Positions 1 to 11,834 of a stretch of 64,000 bases of DNA are shown here, piece by piece. The translations under genes and the position numbers were made by a program. Location: contig NW_026932728.1 of the NCBI RefSeq assembly GCF_032062105.1, positions 124,001 through 188,000 on the forward strand, read 5' to 3'. The notes beneath the pieces were generated by a model. The model saw only the letters and a list, made by a program, of their open reading frames with translations. It did no database searches and was not told the origin of the DNA. Numbering within the stretch: position 1 is the stretch's first letter; the number at the start of each line of letters is the position of its first letter. The stretch comes from Saccostrea cucullata. Taxonomy: Eukaryota.

Positions 1-436
1 AATATCTAACTATTACAAGTTCAACGTACCCAAATGTTTATTTCACAATAACAATAACAGAAACACATTTATTAAAGATATGGATAATTTTATTAAATTG
101 CTAATTGAAGAATAATTACTGATACATGATGAAAAAAAAGACAGAATATCGTTGAATTACGTCGGAAATTTCTCTGAAAGGCGACTGAAGGACGAAAGAG
201 GTATTTTACATCTTAGCATAAAAGATGGATATTTACATGATGTAATTAAGTAGTGAATGTCTATAAAGAATCTCAGAATTTCGAAAAAGAATAGGACAAC
301 TAAACTGGAAAACAGGACTTAAAAACATGATAAAAAATTAATTTTTATTTTTTTTTAAGTTGTAGGGACAGAGCAATAAACACATAGAGAGAAAATCGAA
401 AATGCAATAAACCGGGAGCACATGTTATTGTGAATC

Positions 437-2179
437 ATGCATAACGATGTCCACGCTCAGTTGAAAGTTCCACATTGTTTTCGGTGTGAAGGGAACGTAG
501 AATTCTATTGTAAAACATGTAGAGAAGATCTGTGCGTTCTTTGTAAGGAGAAACATTTTATAGATCTAGACACCAAATACCACGAGGTAGTGATTGACCG
601 CTTAAAGTATGACGACTCTATGATACAAGAGTATTGTGAAAGACATGGAGACCGATTTGTAGAATACTGGTGTATGTCATGTGAATTTCCAGTCTGTGTC
701 AAGTGTGATGAACACCAAAATCATGCAATTGTGAATATTGTCTCAGCTTATAAAATGTGCAGAGATCGACAAAAACACAGGATAGCTCACATAAGAAATA
801 ACATAATATTAAAAAACCTTGCTATTCTTAAAAAAATTAAATACGATATTAAAATGGGTAAGGAAATTTGTCAATCAATTTTATCTGGCCTCCACCAAGG
901 CATGACGATAAAAACTTTGAGACTGAAGGATCTAGTAGTAGATAATGTCAATGAATTGAAACAGTTTAAACGGTTACTTAAATTTAGATTAAAAGAGCCA
1001 AAAAGAAAGATTATCAACACAGAAATAAGTTTATACAACTTAGAAAAGGTATTAGACAAGCCTATACTCTTCATTATGTGTCTAAAGAAAACCCCTATCC
1101 CAAGGGTCAGGGGCATTCCTGATACAATTCTATTATCCTTGAATTGTATAATCAACAGGATGGATGTAATTAAGTTACTAGGAGAAATCCAAGTCACAGA
1201 GGCAAAGAATCGTCAAGTCAGAAAAAAACAGCTGCTTGGTCTGATGCATAAACCTGTGTTACAGAAATCTTTATCAATGATAGGTACTATTGTGGTTCGC
1301 CACATTTCTTTTTTTACAAGAGACATTGTTTGGTTAAGTGATCAATACGGCCGTATCATCTTAACAAACACAACAGGTGCCTCCCTACATACTGTGCCAA
1401 ATACAATGAGTTATACTGGAGGACACTGTGTAACTAATGATGGGGATCTCATTTATATTGACGGATACCACAACATTAACAAGTTATATAAAGACAAAAT
1501 AACGCAATATACTATAAGAAAGATAAGAGAACCATGGATGGCAGAGTGTGTTTACTATTCTCCTTCCAGTGCAGATCTACTGGTTGGGATGGTGGAGTAT
1601 GATAAGGATAATCATATATATACAGACGCCAAAGTAATGAGGTTTGATTACTCAGGAATATCATGTCATAACATTGAACACAATAAAAAGGGTCAGAAAC
1701 TGTACAAATTTCCTAAATATATAACCGAGAACCATAATGGAGATGTAATCGTTTCTGACTTGAACCATGGTGTAGTAGTGACAAGTCGTACAGGAAGACA
1801 TCGTTTCTCTTACACCGGACCTTCATCGTGGTCACGAATATATCCGCAAGGTGTTTGTGTAGACGCACTGTCACATCGTTTCTCTTACACAGGACCTTCA
1901 TCATGGTCAAGAATATATCCGCAAGGTGTTTGTGTAGACGCACTATCACATATCCTGGTGTGTGATGCTAAAAGCAAAACAATTCAAATGATTGACAAAA
2001 ACGGTAACTTCTTATCACTGCTGTTCACCGAAGAAAACGAGATAACAGTATCAGGGGGTCTGGCGTATGACATCAAAAATCACCTTCTCTATGTTGGAGC
2101 AACCGATCATCGCAGCACCGTATGTGTTTACAGATACATACAAAGAAAAGACTATATCACTGACGATTTTAATCACTAG
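437..2179 (+). CDS. Tandem B-box zinc finger / coiled-coil / NHL-like beta-propeller protein (RING-less TRIM-like family expanded in bivalves), single coding exon
   Basis: 580-aa ORF. Two B-box motifs (CFRC..YCKTC..LCVLC..KH..H; C..H..WC..C..VC..C..H..H), a helical middle region, and C-terminal NHL-like repeats (P.YITENHNGDVIVSD; PQGVCVDALSHILVCD). Confidence 0.9.
   Translation: MHNDVHAQLKVPHCFRCEGNVEFYCKTCREDLCVLCKEKHFIDLDTKYHEVVIDRLKYDDSMIQEYCERHGDRFVEYWCMSCEFPVCVKCDEHQNHAIVNIVSAYKMCRDRQKHRIAHIRNNIILKNLAILKKIKYDIKMGKEICQSILSGLHQGMTIKTLRLKDLVVDNVNELKQFKRLLKFRLKEPKRKIINTEISLYNLEKVLDKPILFIMCLKKTPIPRVRGIPDTILLSLNCIINRMDVIKLLGEIQVTEAKNRQVRKKQLLGLMHKPVLQKSLSMIGTIVVRHISFFTRDIVWLSDQYGRIILTNTTGASLHTVPNTMSYTGGHCVTNDGDLIYIDGYHNINKLYKDKITQYTIRKIREPWMAECVYYSPSSADLLVGMVEYDKDNHIYTDAKVMRFDYSGISCHNIEHNKKGQKLYKFPKYITENHNGDVIVSDLNHGVVVTSRTGRHRFSYTGPSSWSRIYPQGVCVDALSHRFSYTGPSSWSRIYPQGVCVDALSHILVCDAKSKTIQMIDKNGNFLSLLFTEENEITVSGGLAYDIKNHLLYVGATDHRSTVCVYRYIQRKDYITDDFNH
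1799..1948 (+). repeat. In-frame 75-nt tandem duplication inside the TRIM-like CDS
   Basis: HRFSYTGPSSWSRIYPQGVCVDALS occurs twice (1799-1873, 1874-1948). Confidence 0.95.
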
Positions 2180-3549
2180 TTCTGTCAATGATTGTAATCT
2201 GGTAGCAGATAATATGAAAATACTTTTTTTTTTTAAATTATTTTATAGATCATAGTTATTCATAATATAGATTTAACTTTGAAGTTAAATATATGATGAC
2301 ATAATTAAAATTGATATAGTTCTGTATATATGTTTTATATAGTTTATGAATGAAATAGATACCTTTTTATGCACACATATTGTAATTTATATATTGATAT
2401 ACACGCATACAGATTGACAAAGTTATTTTTGGTTCTCTTTATTGGTTTACTTTGCATTATACATGTATTTATGCTACAAACTCTCTCACCTTTGTGATTA
2501 CTGTATATACTGTATAGAATGTCGTGAATATGGCATAAACTCATTATGATTCAAAAAATGAAAAGAAAATGACAATACAATTTTTTAACCGTGGCGATTT
2601 TTCTAAACCTGCAATATGTGACGTCTCTTTTGATTCTTTACTACCTTATGTAAATCAACATTTAGGTCTACATCATATTCGCACCAAACTTTACTCTGTC
2701 CCTTTGAAACTTTTATATAGTCTTCTTGAAAAGGCCAAGGAAAGTCCGTCTTTTCCTTAAACTTTAATATGCCAATAAAGGAATTGACACAGTTAATATA
2801 AGTAATATTCTTAATCACAAAAGGGTCCAGTCTTGTATTCCAATATATTTCAATCTTGTATTTCCTACAAATACACATCGACGATTGCTTCCAAACTGTT
2901 CAATTACAAACACACTTTACATGGTTTGGATACAGAGCATCTGAAACATAATCCTCCATCGTGTTCATGTTCTTCTTCACCCTATCACTATAGTCCTGCT
3001 GGACACGTTATTACGGGGGACGTAAATATAGTTAATAATGAGGACCTTCGGTCACTTGTGTTAAAAGGTCCTAAATATAGGGTACCCCGATCCTTCAACT
3101 GGCGTCCGAATTGCATTAATATTATGGATTCTGTTAAAAAATACGCCAGACGATGGGCCAGATATGAAAAAGAAGACGTTGATACCTTGTCAGAATGGAT
3201 TAAGTGTATCAGATCCATGTTAAAGTCACGTATTAAAAGACTGAGGGGCAATATAAAAACCTTCTATCCAGCTGTGTTCAAAAAATTAGAAGTGAAAAAA
3301 GAATCAGATAGATTACATGATCATTACGTACTGGTCCCTGCCGACAAAGCAGGTAACAATATTGTCTTCGTTGTAAGGCTCATTATATAAATTGTATTCT
3401 AGAAGAACTTTGGATTTAATTCTACTTGTGGTAATCCTACTTATACTCATACTTCCCTTTCTAAGGAAGACATTCTTCACAACCATATGTCGGTTTTGAA
3501 TATTTTTAATATCTCACAGAGCCAAAATGAATTTGAACTACCTTATATA

Positions 3550-4600
3550 TGTAAGACTCCAAAGTTCAATGGTGACGCCAAAGTCTGATGGTCTCGCCAA
3601 ACCCCGATGGTCTGCGCCAAACCCCGATGGTTTGTTGTCTTCACGGACGCCACGGTTCGATGGCTTATTTCCTGTTAACTATAGTTAAACTATGGTTATA
3701 CACAAAATCCGATCTTGCGGACCCTAACAAAAAATACTACAGTTAACTATAGTTAACTATAGTTATAACTTTGACACTTTGAAAACTTTGATGTACTATA
3801 GTGATAACTTTGACACTTTGAAAAACTTTGGCGAAAACTTTGACACTTTGAAAAACTTTGACGAAAACTTTGACACTTTGAAAAACTTTGGCGAAAACTT
3901 TGACACTTTAAAAAAATTTGGCAAAAACTTTGACACTTTGAAAAACTTTGGCGAAACTTTGACACTTTGATTTACTATAGTTAACTATAGTAAACTATAG
4001 TTAACTATAGTTAACTATAGTATTTTTTGTTAGGGGAGGAACAATTAACGTTTATGACGTCACAATAGTCCGACGTTATGACATTATTCTGCACTCAAAA
4101 TCCTTTGAATCAGCATTCGTCTCACATATACGTTTTTACTGATATTGCTTTTTGTTTTCACCCACCAGAGGTATTAGGGTTAGTCCTCGTACACCATTCG
4201 AGTTATAAGGGTTAGTCCTTAAACACTAAGATGTTTCTTCGAGGCCACCCGAGCTATTTTAGGGTTAGTCCTCGCACACTTTTGGACTGATTTAGATTAG
4301 TCCTGCACCCACCTGTGATAGTTAGGTTAGAGTTGATACTCATTGTTTGACTGATAAGTCTTAGTTTGCACCTACATCCAAAAGACGAGGATCAGTCTTT
4401 CTATTTATGATATTTTGTATTTATTTATTGGCATGGCGTGGCATCGCATTTTTGCACATTAGTACTATGACGTCATATACGTTAATTGTTTTCTGAGCCA
4501 TCGGACTTTGGCGTTTGAAACCATCGCGGATTGGCGCAGACCATCGGACTTTGGCGTGAACATCGCACTATTGAGTCCCATCGCACTTTGGAGTCCTACA
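3550..4600. mobile_element. Non-autonomous TIR DNA element with subterminal repeats, inserted in a TA run
   Basis: Ends TGTAAGACTCCAAAGT ... ACTTTGGAGTCCTACA (1 mismatch). Repeated CGCCAAAGTCCGATGG-type motifs are inverted at both ends. Removing it with a TATA duplication restores PYIYWIPK. Confidence 0.8.
3722..4035. mobile_element. Nested MITE (CCC..GGG ends, 2-bp TSD GA; CMC/EnSpm-like) with internal 30-bp tandem array
   Basis: TIR CCCTAACAAAAAATACTA / TAGTATTTTTTGTTAGGG. About 7 copies of AACTTTGACACTTTGAAAAACTTTGGCGAA at ~3767-3970. Confidence 0.8.
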
Positions 4601-5890
4601 TATATATTGGATTCCGAAACTTCATAAGAATTCTTACAAACAAAGATACATTGCGGGTTCCAGTAAATGTTCAACCAAGCCTCTTTTGTTACTCCTCACT
4701 AAAATATTGACCGTAGTGAAGGAAAAACTTCAAGAGTACAGTGCAAAAATATATTCAAAAAGTGGTGTGAATCAGAAGTGGATACTAAAAAATTCCAAAG
4801 AACTTTTGGACAATCTGAAATCACAAGATTTTACCCAACTTTATACACAACCATTCTCCACGATAAATTGAAATCCAGGTTCTTTGACATCATTGACAGC
4901 TGCTTCTTCAATGAAAATGGAACTCGTAAATTTACTTACCTGGTCATTGGTCATTTGCAAAATTATTTTGCTAAAAAAAATTCTGATTGTACACACAAGT
5001 GTTCTGAAGTTGACATCAAAGAGACTCTTGGGCTAGAGAGAATTGTGCTAAGAGCTGTAGATTTTGTCAAAAAAAGTTCATATTTTTTTTGTCTTTTATT
5101 ATACATTAAGCAAAAGTCAACAATTATACCCACTAAAATAGTGTCCAGAGAAATAAGGAATTAAAAAGAAATCAAGAAAATATGCTATTGCAATTATTTG
5201 AACAACTCATAAATCCCTCTATCTTTACGAATTGAAACATTTTTATTTTTCATGATATCATAGGCGTTTGAACCAAAATACTTATTTTTCATTTTATTTT
5301 ATTTTTAAGCCAAACCCAATAAAGGAAATACTAACACTACGACTCCTCTCTTCATGCATTGGTCCCATGAAGGTAATTAACAATATTTTTTTTTATTTTG
5401 TGAATATATTTTAATATGTAATATTTAAAATATAATTATAATATATTTCAACATTGTCAGAATTAGAGGATATAAATAGACGTGTATCTGTCAGATTACG
5501 TCTTCCACAGAGCTTCATGCATGTATATCGAAAAAATGAGAGAAGTTGGCAACATAAGGACTCCGTAGTAATTTTTTATGATTCTCACCAAATCATCGAA
5601 CACGTACATATGCTTTAAAATAAAAGATAAAAATGTACAATAAATAGAATTAAAAATCAGCATTTTGCTAAAGATATTTATAAAATAGACACGATATGTG
5701 TCCCTTAAACATTATTAAAAGGGTCAAAACCCGCAATAATAAGCACCACCCCAAATTAACCTGGACCCTATACCCTCGTTAATCAAGTGAATTAAGGTCC
5801 TTCATTGCGTGCTTCAAATTGATTGACATCTAGCTACTAGTCTTTATGTATCACTTGCATACTTTGTTGGACACTTTTAGAAACCATTAA

Positions 5891-6448
5891 GGTAGGCCAC
5901 TCGTCAAAATTTTGGTAAAGTTCATGCAGAACCTCTTATTTTAAACTATTTATTATAATTCAATTTTTATAACATATTTAAATAAAACAATGTAAACTGT
6001 TCAACATTCAATGAAAAAACTGCTCGAAAATTAAGGAACCAAGTTTTATCAGGGACTATTTCCTGTGATGGAATGATATTTAGCAGAAAATTCTGCAAAT
6101 CTGTACATTTATTACATTTTAAGTCGATACTTGTGACTGAACAGCACTTAAGTCCTAAAAAAGATTTATGCAAGAAGATAATGATAGATATTGATCAAAG
6201 TATTTTACAATAAATAATATTATGTTTATTGCCATGGTTACATGTGCCTCCGATAAAATATGATAAAGGTTAAAGTGAATAACCAAAGAGATAAAATTTA
6301 AGCGCAAAAACATGAAAAAGAACAATTTAATTGTACCCTATCTCAGTAAGATTCACAATGACCCCCTATTTTCTAGGAGATTTTGAGTAATACTATATGA
6401 GTACTTATCAATATTCCTTGATACAACAAATTTCATGAGTGACATACC
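5891..6448. mobile_element. Probable old non-autonomous TIR element
   Basis: Imperfect inverted ends TTAA|GGTAGGCCACTCGTCAAAATTT ... AAATTTCATGAGTGACATACC|TTAT. Confidence 0.45.
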
Positions 6449-6879
6449 TTATATTAACTTTCGATCTTTTGATGCATACCTATACATGCTATATAGTACG
6501 ATAAACAAGCCGGATCGAAGCAGTGAAAATTCTAGCTTGGTTATGATTATCAGTAGTACAAATAAACACATGAAAAAAATAAAAATGATTTAGTAATATA
6601 ATTCATGCTAGTGCATAGTAACATTTTAACAAGTAAATTTCTTTACTCTGGTGACTTCTCCTTTTCATTAAGTTCGAAGCGTATCATGTTTCTAGTGAAC
6701 CATTTCGCAGTTTGTCTTCAAAAAATACTTATAATTCCATCGTTTTGAATCTGCAATGCAAAGAATAATACCAAAAAAGACTCAGTGCACCAACACTGCG
6801 CCGTCCGTTTGTATTTGGGTTTATTTTTAATTACAGTGTAGAGTTTGGACTTACATAAATCTAACTCCTAAAATGAAAT

Positions 6880-7760
6880 ATATGGAGGTAACGAACAGTA
6901 TCCAAGCTCAAAAGACCATAAAAATACAAAATAAGCGCGACGCAAAATCGGACGTCTAAAACATCAAAGGTGGAATCAGGTGTCATGGAGAAGTGACCAT
7001 CCCCTTCCGACCGGTCAAACCCGCCGTATGCTCTTTGTCATGATAGGGTAATGACGGGGAAAAAATACGTCGTCAATTAATTGCGTAAACAATAGCCTAT
7101 CAATCAGTTGAACGCCAGTCAGCATTTGACTCAATGATAAATTATATTTGCTGACAAGGTCATTGTATTGACCATAGAACTTACGAAATGATGACTTTAA
7201 ACGAGACTGCTGAGATTGCGGGTGTTAAAGGAATATTGCTGCATAAGTACGGAAAGTTGACGATTGAAAAGTTAAAGTCATCACATTTATCCATGAACTT
7301 GGTTGTTAGATTACCATGAACGCTTTTTTTTTCAAGTAAAATATCCAAATATGAAAAAGATATGTCAGACACTGTGGTATCCTTTATCTCAATCTCACCG
7401 GGATATATCGTTTCGACATTAGAATGATTGAAAATCGTCGATATATCGAGTTGATTGATTGATTGATTGTATACTATTTAACGTCCCTCTCCAGAATATT
7501 TCACTGATATGGAGACGTCACCATTGCCGGTGAAGGGCTGCAAATTTAGGCCTATGCTCGGCACTCAGGGCCTTTGAGCAGGGAGGGATCTTTATCGTGC
7601 CACACCTGCTGTGACACGGGGCCTCGGTTTATACGGTCTCATCCGAAGGACGTCCCATTTAGTCGCCTTTTACGACAAGCAAGGGGGTACTGAGGACCTT
7701 TTCTAACCCGGATCCCCACAGGACTAATAGTATATCGAGTTGAAGGCGACAGCAAAGTAA
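6880..7760 (-). mobile_element. Penelope-like element 3' fragment (RT C-terminus + 3' end), split by a SINE
   Basis: Minus-strand IYPGEIEIKDTT..SYLDILL..DDFNFSIVNFPYLCSNIP. Homologous to 11835-12790. Confidence 0.75.
7455..7730 (-). mobile_element. SINE (5'-truncated, (CAAT)n tail) with 13-bp TSD
   Basis: GC-rich body ending in (GATT)n on the + strand. Flanked by direct repeat TATATCGAGTTGA at 7442-7454 and 7731-7743. Confidence 0.8.
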
Positions 7761-8272
7761 TGAATAAACTAATTTACTACAGCATCAAACAGTCCTTGAC
7801 AGGTATTTACAAAGAATGTTGAATATTGTAAAAAAAAAAAAAAAAAGCAGGCAATCATAATTTAATAATGTAGTGGTTTTCATGATTTTCAGTCTGTAAA
7901 GATACTCTCAATTGTAAAGTGTACGATGCAGTTCGAATGTGTAACAAAACAGGGATATACTATGAATGGGCAATGATAAACTGTCTGTCATATTGCGGAT
8001 TCTGTCAAGGTTAGCGAAGAAAGGACATACTATAGTTAACTTGTTTTAGAGAAATAAACATATATTTTCCGATAAAAAAAAATAAAGATTGAGGAAAAAA
8101 AAACATTGAAAAAATTAATCATTTAGGATATGAAATTTTAAAAACAATAACAACATTAATTAACAAATTTATAATCTGGCCTGGCTTTTACATTAATACA
8201 GTGATATTTGATTGTTTAATCATCGAAACTGTTTTTGGATCACAAAATAAAAGCACAAAAAGGAAAAGCATT

Positions 8273-8438
8273 ATGTATCTTTGAATTTCCCTTTTAATTT
8301 ACTCAGCACTAACAGTCACAATAGCATGTGCAGAAAAACTTCCCAACTGTTTTGAATATCCATGTGATTTGTGCACCAACCATTTTTACCGGGTATGGCG
8401 AGGAGATCATTGCAGAAAGTTCTGTGGTATTTGCACAG
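8273..8438 (+). pseudogene. Signal peptide + ShKT (ShK toxin-like) domain exon with premature stop
   Basis: MYL*ISLLIYSALTVTIACAEKLPNCFEYPCDLCTNHFYRVWRGDHCRKFCGICT followed by G|GT donor. C-terminal C-x3-C-x2-C ShKT signature; TGA at codon 4. Confidence 0.7.
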
Positions 8439-8639
8439 GTGATAATTTAAAGAAATTCAAATAATACGTACACAATGTTGTTTTTCGTCATATCATTTTT
8501 ATACTTTTGTTATTTATAATGTTGATGATATCATTACAGTGTGTATGTTTTATATTTGTGCTTTTATTGATAAAATATGTCTCTCAAATTTCATTATTTG
8601 AAGTTAAATGGAAAAGTTATGACAATGGTCTACGTCTTT

Positions 8640-10630
8640 ATGAATGATCTTTGTCTATGAAATATAGAGATAAAAAATAATATTTAAGCACAAAAAGTCC
8701 ATTAAAAGAACACAAAATAGGAGCAATGGAGGAGTGGGAATCCCCTGCGTACAGATCGCACCCGCCCTGTGCTTCTTATCATGATCGGGAAAAATATAAT
8801 GGCGTAACAAATAATTTGAAAAAGGCCAGTCAGCACTTTAGGCTTCATGGTAGATTCTATTTGCTGACAAGGTCAATGTATCGACCATTGAACTTGCACA
8901 ATGATGACTTTAAACGAGATTGTTGATATTCTTGTTCATCAACTTGTGTGCCAATAGTTTGCCTCACTTAAGAAATTGTACATATACGAGGTACGTTCAA
9001 TAAATAATGTCATCAGCTCGATAACATACAATATAGAAATCATATGACATTAAGCTTGACTTTCTCTCATTATTGATTCTTTAATGAATTGACCACTTTT
9101 CATCGCATAATTTCATTGTGGGAAGCGGAAAGGAAGGGCTATTCGAGACACTGCATTAAAAATGAATGGTCAAGCATCAGTAAACTAGAGTAAAATTGAA
9201 CGCGTCATTAAAGCTGCTGTAAAACTTGTTAATTTCCCAAATATATATTAACTGAAATATGTGAAATTTACAGCAACTTATGTTTGTTTCATAAACACAT
9301 GAACAGGTGGATTTCAATTAACAAAAAATGTATAATGGGCATCAAAAATGGGTACCGTCCTTGTCAACAAGGACATACAACAACCAATGTATATTAGCGA
9401 ATATACAACAAATTATCACTGATTATGTTTTATTGACTTTAAGACACATAGCACATTTGATAGACATCATTTGGGTGGTAGTTTTAAAGATACATTTGAT
9501 AGTAAAAAAGTTTAATACTCAAAGGTCACCCTATATTTTTAAAAATGAGTGAAAACGACAGCATGTAGAAAATCTGAACAATTATGTTTAAAAAATCAAA
9601 AATTGTACTTATCCACGTTTGTCTGAAATTCAAACAGATCATGAAACTTGAATCCATTTTGCTTTAAACCCTCAAAACAAATTTACAATCAGATGCACTT
9701 GACAAAACTGCAAAGGCCTAAGAAGGGCAAAGATTTGCAAGAACACAAAAACAGTTTTATACGCTATTTTCCTAAATATTAGCTGTCTTGTTGTTCAAAT
9801 TCATATTTGGGAAGGCAGTTCAATTTCTGGAGGAGTCTAGTAAACAAAATATTTGCAAAAAAATTGAAATGTTTATGAGAGAAAGGAAACAGAATGAGGA
9901 ATTCACTACATTAAATTTCTTCATGATAGCGTCCAAACCCACAGGCCATGAAGAGTAAATAAGTTTTGGGGTAAACAGAAAGTTAATGTTTTGTCACATC
10001 AACAATATTCGCTAGATCTTTGAACCTTTGACTTGTTTTATTTCCCAAACTTAGGAAATCACCTTTCAGAAAGAAAAAAACTATTACAGCAAATCATAGG
10101 ATATGCCGTATTCCAGTATACGAAGGGTCATACTCAAAAATGTGTTCTGAAAACAATTAGAAATTGAATAAAAATGTTATGGACATGTGTTTTAATAAAA
10201 AGTGAATTATTTAGTTAAATCATTAAGACAAAATCATAGAAAAGCGTTTTCGTTTTTGTTTCTTTTCCAGCCCCGATGACATTATTTATTGAACGTCCCT
10301 CGTATGTAGAGCATGCTCTTATGTATCAGATCAACTCCATGTGCGATGATAAATGTATATTGCTGCATAACTTAGTGGAAATTGACGATTGAAAAGTTGA
10401 AGTCATCTTCTTTATCATATGGCTTGGTAGGTAGATAACCATTCTCGTCTTTTTCTAGTAAGATAACCAAATATGTCGGATTCTATGGTATTTTGTTCAT
10501 GTATTGCAATTTCCTTGAAAAGGAAGTAATTGTCAATTAATAATACATGTACGCTGTAGATATATCGTAATGTCGAGTTGAAAGCTATATCGTGTTTAAT
10601 CTTCTTCTCATGTATATATAAGATTTTGAA
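8640..10630 (-). mobile_element. Penelope-like 3' fragment split by a mariner
   Basis: 8640-8985 and 10305-10630 match the 11835-12560 copy (FNSTLRYI, DDFNFSIVNF). Confidence 0.65.
8987..10302 (+). mobile_element. Full-length but decayed mariner (Tc1/mariner) transposon
   Basis: 28-bp TIR CGAGGTACGTTCAATAAATAATGTCATC (1 mismatch), TA TSD, 1316 bp. Eroded transposase remnants include KWVPSL (WVPxxL motif) and LFPKLRK. Confidence 0.85.
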
Positions 10631-11834
10631 AAATTCCAAAAAATATATCTGTTAAAAATAGTGCACAATCAAAGGCTCTTTTATACCTGATCTTGAAATA
10701 TTATGTCAATTTTTCCTCTATTGATTTTAATCTCTCTACTTAAACGTGTTAAAATGAAACTAATTTCTGAAACTTGTATTTTGTATAATCTTTCAGATAC
10801 TGATTTTGTGATAGACTCGTCTTCAGTGCTAGGATAAAGCTTGATACATGTTGGAGGATTGAATATAACAATAAAAATTTTACAATGAAAATTTCTTTTC
10901 TTTTCAACAATTGATTTTGCGTCTTTCATGTATTTCACCAAAATATATCATTTTTCGCTACAAAAGAGCAGTACCGCAGTTTTGGTGAAAGGGTCTATAA
11001 AACCTTCCTCAAATTTTGGATTGCTTCAAATAGTGTTCATTGTATGTTGAACAGAATAAAGATAACTTATATCCAGACTCTGTAACTTGATTATTACATT
11101 TTTAATTTGGTTGTTTGTTAAAAAAATTTTACAGCTTTTTTTTCTCAGATTCAGTCTTCTCTTTTTCAACTATTTTCAAGTATAAGAAAAACGTACTTTA
11201 TCCGTTCAAGGCCATATAAATGAAGCTGATGATGCAGAAGATAGATCAGACTACGGTTAGCATACCAATTGCAAGCCAAACTGCAAAGATATTTCCGTCC
11301 TTAATTGGCGTCGTTGATATAATATCAAGATCACGGTGGGAGATCGAAGACTACATACCTTCCAGAAGTGCTTCAAGCTTGCAGAAATTCCAAAATTAAA
11401 AAGTAGAACCATGCATCTATGAAGATGAGGACATCCCAATAAAACAATTACGCTACTAGTCCAACAAAGTTACTGGGTGATTTCGACAGCAACTCTGACT
11501 AGAGAATTCACAACAGGGGCTGTGTGGGACAAAGATCGCATCCCATGTTACGGTTAATATTATTGCCCCTGCCCACATTGTTGCAACAATGGTCGACAAT
11601 GTGTAAATACTCAAACAGAGTGGTTCTTAGTAACACCGGGACTGGAACGGGGCTGAATGTTCTCGCCTCTGCTCTTCTTATTGGCCATAGACTGGGTCAT
11701 GCGGGAATCCTCCAGAGATAAGCATATTAACTGCATCAGATGGAGAATGGAAAACAACATTGCGATCACAACACCAGAAAACAAGCTGATAGAGATAGGG
11801 CTGACATGGAATTAAGGAAACAGAATGAAGCATA

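Larger units (their letters stand above)
2560..5025 (+). mobile_element. Decayed Penelope-like retroelement (N-terminal part of RT ORF), interrupted by the 3550-4600 insertion
   Basis: Frameshifted peptides VLVPADKAGNNIVFV, ELPYIY|WIPKLHK..YIAGSSKCSTKP, SGVNQKWILKNSKELL and TLYTTILHDKLK. The frame resumes across the insertion. Confidence 0.75.

Noticed and set aside
3753-3970. Repetitive ORFs (NFDTLKNFGE / SFSKCQ)
   Set aside because: Translation of the 30-bp array inside a MITE.
4170-4330. Interstitial telomere
   Set aside because: Only isolated TTAGGGTTAG motifs inside a TIR element, not a tandem array.
8282-8284. TGA in the ShKT exon as selenocysteine
   Set aside because: It lies in the signal peptide at a non-Cys position and no SECIS was identified; a nonsense mutation is simpler.
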